Origin: Clostridia bacterium | Lineage (GTDB): Bacteria > Bacillota > Clostridia > UBA1212 | DNA length: 64,000 nucleotides | Direction: 5' to 3' | NCBI GenBank assembly: GCA_017444825.1 | Contig: JAFSVU010000004.1 | Coordinates: 59,025 to 123,024 of the forward strand | Part shown: positions 62,665-64,000 of the stretch, piece after piece | Position numbering within the stretch: position 1 is the first letter of the stretch | Layout: every line of letters begins with the position of its first letter | The notes under the pieces: generated by a model | Database searches by the model: none | Seen by the model: only the letters and a program-made list of their open reading frames with translations | What the model was told of the DNA's origin: nothing | Position numbers and translations under genes: made by a program

Positions 62665-63099
62665 CTAACGCCGCGTTTTCGGAACGAATCTATTGGTTAA
62701 AACATCTTCCACTTTGGTATCATTCAGGGCATATGAACGAAACTCGTGCTTCCAGGTTGCACTTTGCCCAACGTTTTTAAGACACACGCCATGTTCGTCA
62801 ATCAAAAGACCGGCACGATTAGAATAGTCTTCAGCAAGCGGAATCGTTTCAATTATGTGCAATCTCTTCGGCATAAGCAGGTCAACATCCGAAAACCACG
62901 CCAATGTAAAAAGGAATAGCCCCAGGATATCATTTGCACAGATCTTACTGATCGGTTTTACTATTTCTTCTGAAAGAGCAATCAAATAATAGTCTTGCTG
63001 ACGAAATAGAAAAACACCGCCATATGTTTTCTTTTTGCTTTTATAAAAAAAAACGTCTCCCGGCGAGTAGCTCGACGTGTTCTTAATAAGAATTCCCAC
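62665..63099 (-). CDS. Hypothetical 144-aa protein
   Basis: An ORF in AT-rich DNA with no motif. Confidence 0.5.
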   Translation of the reverse strand: MGILIKNTSSYSPGDVFFYKSKKKTYGGVFLFRQQDYYLIALSEEIVKPISKICANDILGLFLFTLAWFSDVDLLMPKRLHIIETIPLAEDYSNRAGLLIDEHGVCLKNVGQSATWKHEFRSYALNDTKVEDVLTNRFVPKTRR

Positions 63100-63295
63100 A
63101 GTCTAATTACCTCATAATTCTCTTATCATTGAATTGTCAATACCGCTATTATTTTCCATGATTGCTCATCCGTCCGTCTCTTAGGATCTTCGCATCATGC
63201 AATCCCCTATTCCAGTACCATTCCGGTAATCTTGGCTTTTCATCGCTGACACTCAAATCTTTTTTCTTCATTTGTTTTCCCTTTAGGCTATCCAT

Positions 63296-63955
63296 TCAAT
63301 CAGTCTCCATCTCGAAAACTTTTATCTTCTTCCCGTTTTTGTCGATGGCGTGAATGGTTATCCATGTATACGCATCTTCATAATCATCAAACGAGCATTC
63401 TATGCCGGTGTTTTGTTTAAATTCATCATAACTCGGGTCATGCTCCACCGAAACACAGATTTCAGCCGGAAGACCGTCGCGACGCTTTTTTTGCTTGAAG
63501 TGCGGAATATAAGTTGCTTCTTCGCCAATGGCATTGGCGCATAACTTCCCGCTGTAGCCGTTAAATCTGTTGTCAAATAGAATATACTCTCTACCGCATT
63601 GGCTGCATTTGATTTTGATAGTATGAATGCGTCCAAATACCGGAAGAGGCGGAACCATCACTTCCTGCCTTGGACCGTTTCGGTCAGACGAAAGCAGTTT
63701 CCAATGATGAACAGTCCCGTCATTGTCGATGGTACAAGTCGATGCACCACCACCGGAAAAAAGCTCTGTAAGTGCATCATAATGTGGTTTGCATGCTTTT
63801 TGTTCGTCTTTATCAAGATACGATTCAAAGACGTCAAACAGTATACATCCGCAGCTGCATCTCAGGCGGAAATTAGTAAAGTCGCCTTTGGTGGTTGCGT
63901 TGTATGCAATTGGTTTTAAATAGCTTGGAATCAGTATCATGCTATCTTCTTCCAT
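63296..63955 (-). CDS. Hypothetical Cys-rich protein (CSCGC ... CSQCG, possible zinc ribbon)
   Basis: The ORF is 219 aa. Its start is ambiguous (63955 or 63940). Confidence 0.55.
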   Translation of the reverse strand: MEEDSMILIPSYLKPIAYNATTKGDFTNFRLRCSCGCILFDVFESYLDKDEQKACKPHYDALTELFSGGGASTCTIDNDGTVHHWKLLSSDRNGPRQEVMVPPLPVFGRIHTIKIKCSQCGREYILFDNRFNGYSGKLCANAIGEEATYIPHFKQKKRRDGLPAEICVSVEHDPSYDEFKQNTGIECSFDDYEDAYTWITIHAIDKNGKKIKVFEMETD

Positions 63956-64000
63956 TCGTCGTTGCAGTCGTCTATACGAAGAATATTCTACTAGACGTTT

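Noticed and set aside
62246-62665. A search for a RelE/YafQ/ParE-type toxin partner next to the DinJ-like antitoxin
   Set aside because: No ORF of suitable size or motif exists on either side. Downstream is the dehydrogenase remnant and upstream is a non-coding AT-rich gap followed by an unrelated 144-aa ORF. The antitoxin is therefore reported as orphan.
63136-63271. A ~44-codon minus-strand ORF (MKKKDLSVSDEKPRLPEWYWNRGLHDAKILRDG...) with an AAGGGAAAA RBS-like sequence, below the ORF-track cutoff
   Set aside because: It may be a real small gene or the frameshifted N-terminus of 62665-63099, and I cannot distinguish these without homologues. It was not listed as a feature.

Overview
The window is a chromosomal segment of a moderately GC-rich, Firmicutes/Clostridia-like genome. 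Supporting signs are GGAGG-type RBSs, a SpoIIE/PP2C phosphatase, BspA-type LRR proteins and (S/P)PxTG-like and pilin-like surface proteins. No rRNA, tRNA, CRISPR array, integrase or transposase was seen. Content by region: (1) 1-3.5 kb holds core genes, namely the purL 3' part and a beta-carbonic anhydrase. (2) 3.6-7.1 kb is a visibly AT-richer islet with a giant prepilin-like/Big_2 protein and membrane proteins. (3) 7-20 kb holds envelope, secreted and housekeeping genes: a GLUG lipoprotein, an acyltransferase, a vWA protein, a phosphoesterase, an SGNH hydrolase and a TldD/PmbA pair. It also holds two secreted proteins that end in an unusual SGCG-TM-RKK tail. (4) 20.4-35 kb is a glycan-utilisation locus with beta-PGM, an oxidoreductase, an esterase, GH3, a 4-gene ABC importer, a divergent AraC::GH39-like fusion and a GH78 rhamnosidase. 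(5) 35-39 kb holds a membrane protein, an XRE/DUF2975-like pair and a membrane PP2C phosphatase. (6) 39.0-54.2 kb is the most interesting part: about 15 kb of mosaic, mostly AT-rich accessory DNA with every gene on the minus strand. It contains a 1419-aa TIR-NACHT-LRR (BspA-type) protein and a GIY-YIG plus PD-(D/E)xK nuclease pair bracketed by duplicated gene segments. It also contains a WYL regulator translationally coupled to an unknown 218-aa protein, and a 92-nt promoter/operator-like module present twice, upstream of the TIR-NACHT-LRR gene and of a WWLRS-domain gene that heads the block containing the nuclease pair. The rest of the island comprises a YgjP-like peptidase, small orphan genes, an AlbA_2/Schlafen-like ATPase, a decayed hsdM, an XRE::ImmA regulator and a 5 x 23-bp tandem repeat. 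I read this as a defence island built on a dead Type I R-M locus; the TIR-NACHT-LRR gene is the top candidate for an undescribed system. (7) 54.4-59.1 kb holds a 918-aa beta-helix adhesin with a PPQTG sorting signal and an XRE::sigma-region-4 hybrid with a coupled membrane protein. (8) 59.3-64 kb is a second AT-rich accessory block with an AAA ATPase, an LRR protein, an alcohol-dehydrogenase remnant, an orphan DinJ antitoxin and orphans. All functional calls rest on motifs read by eye; no database search was run.
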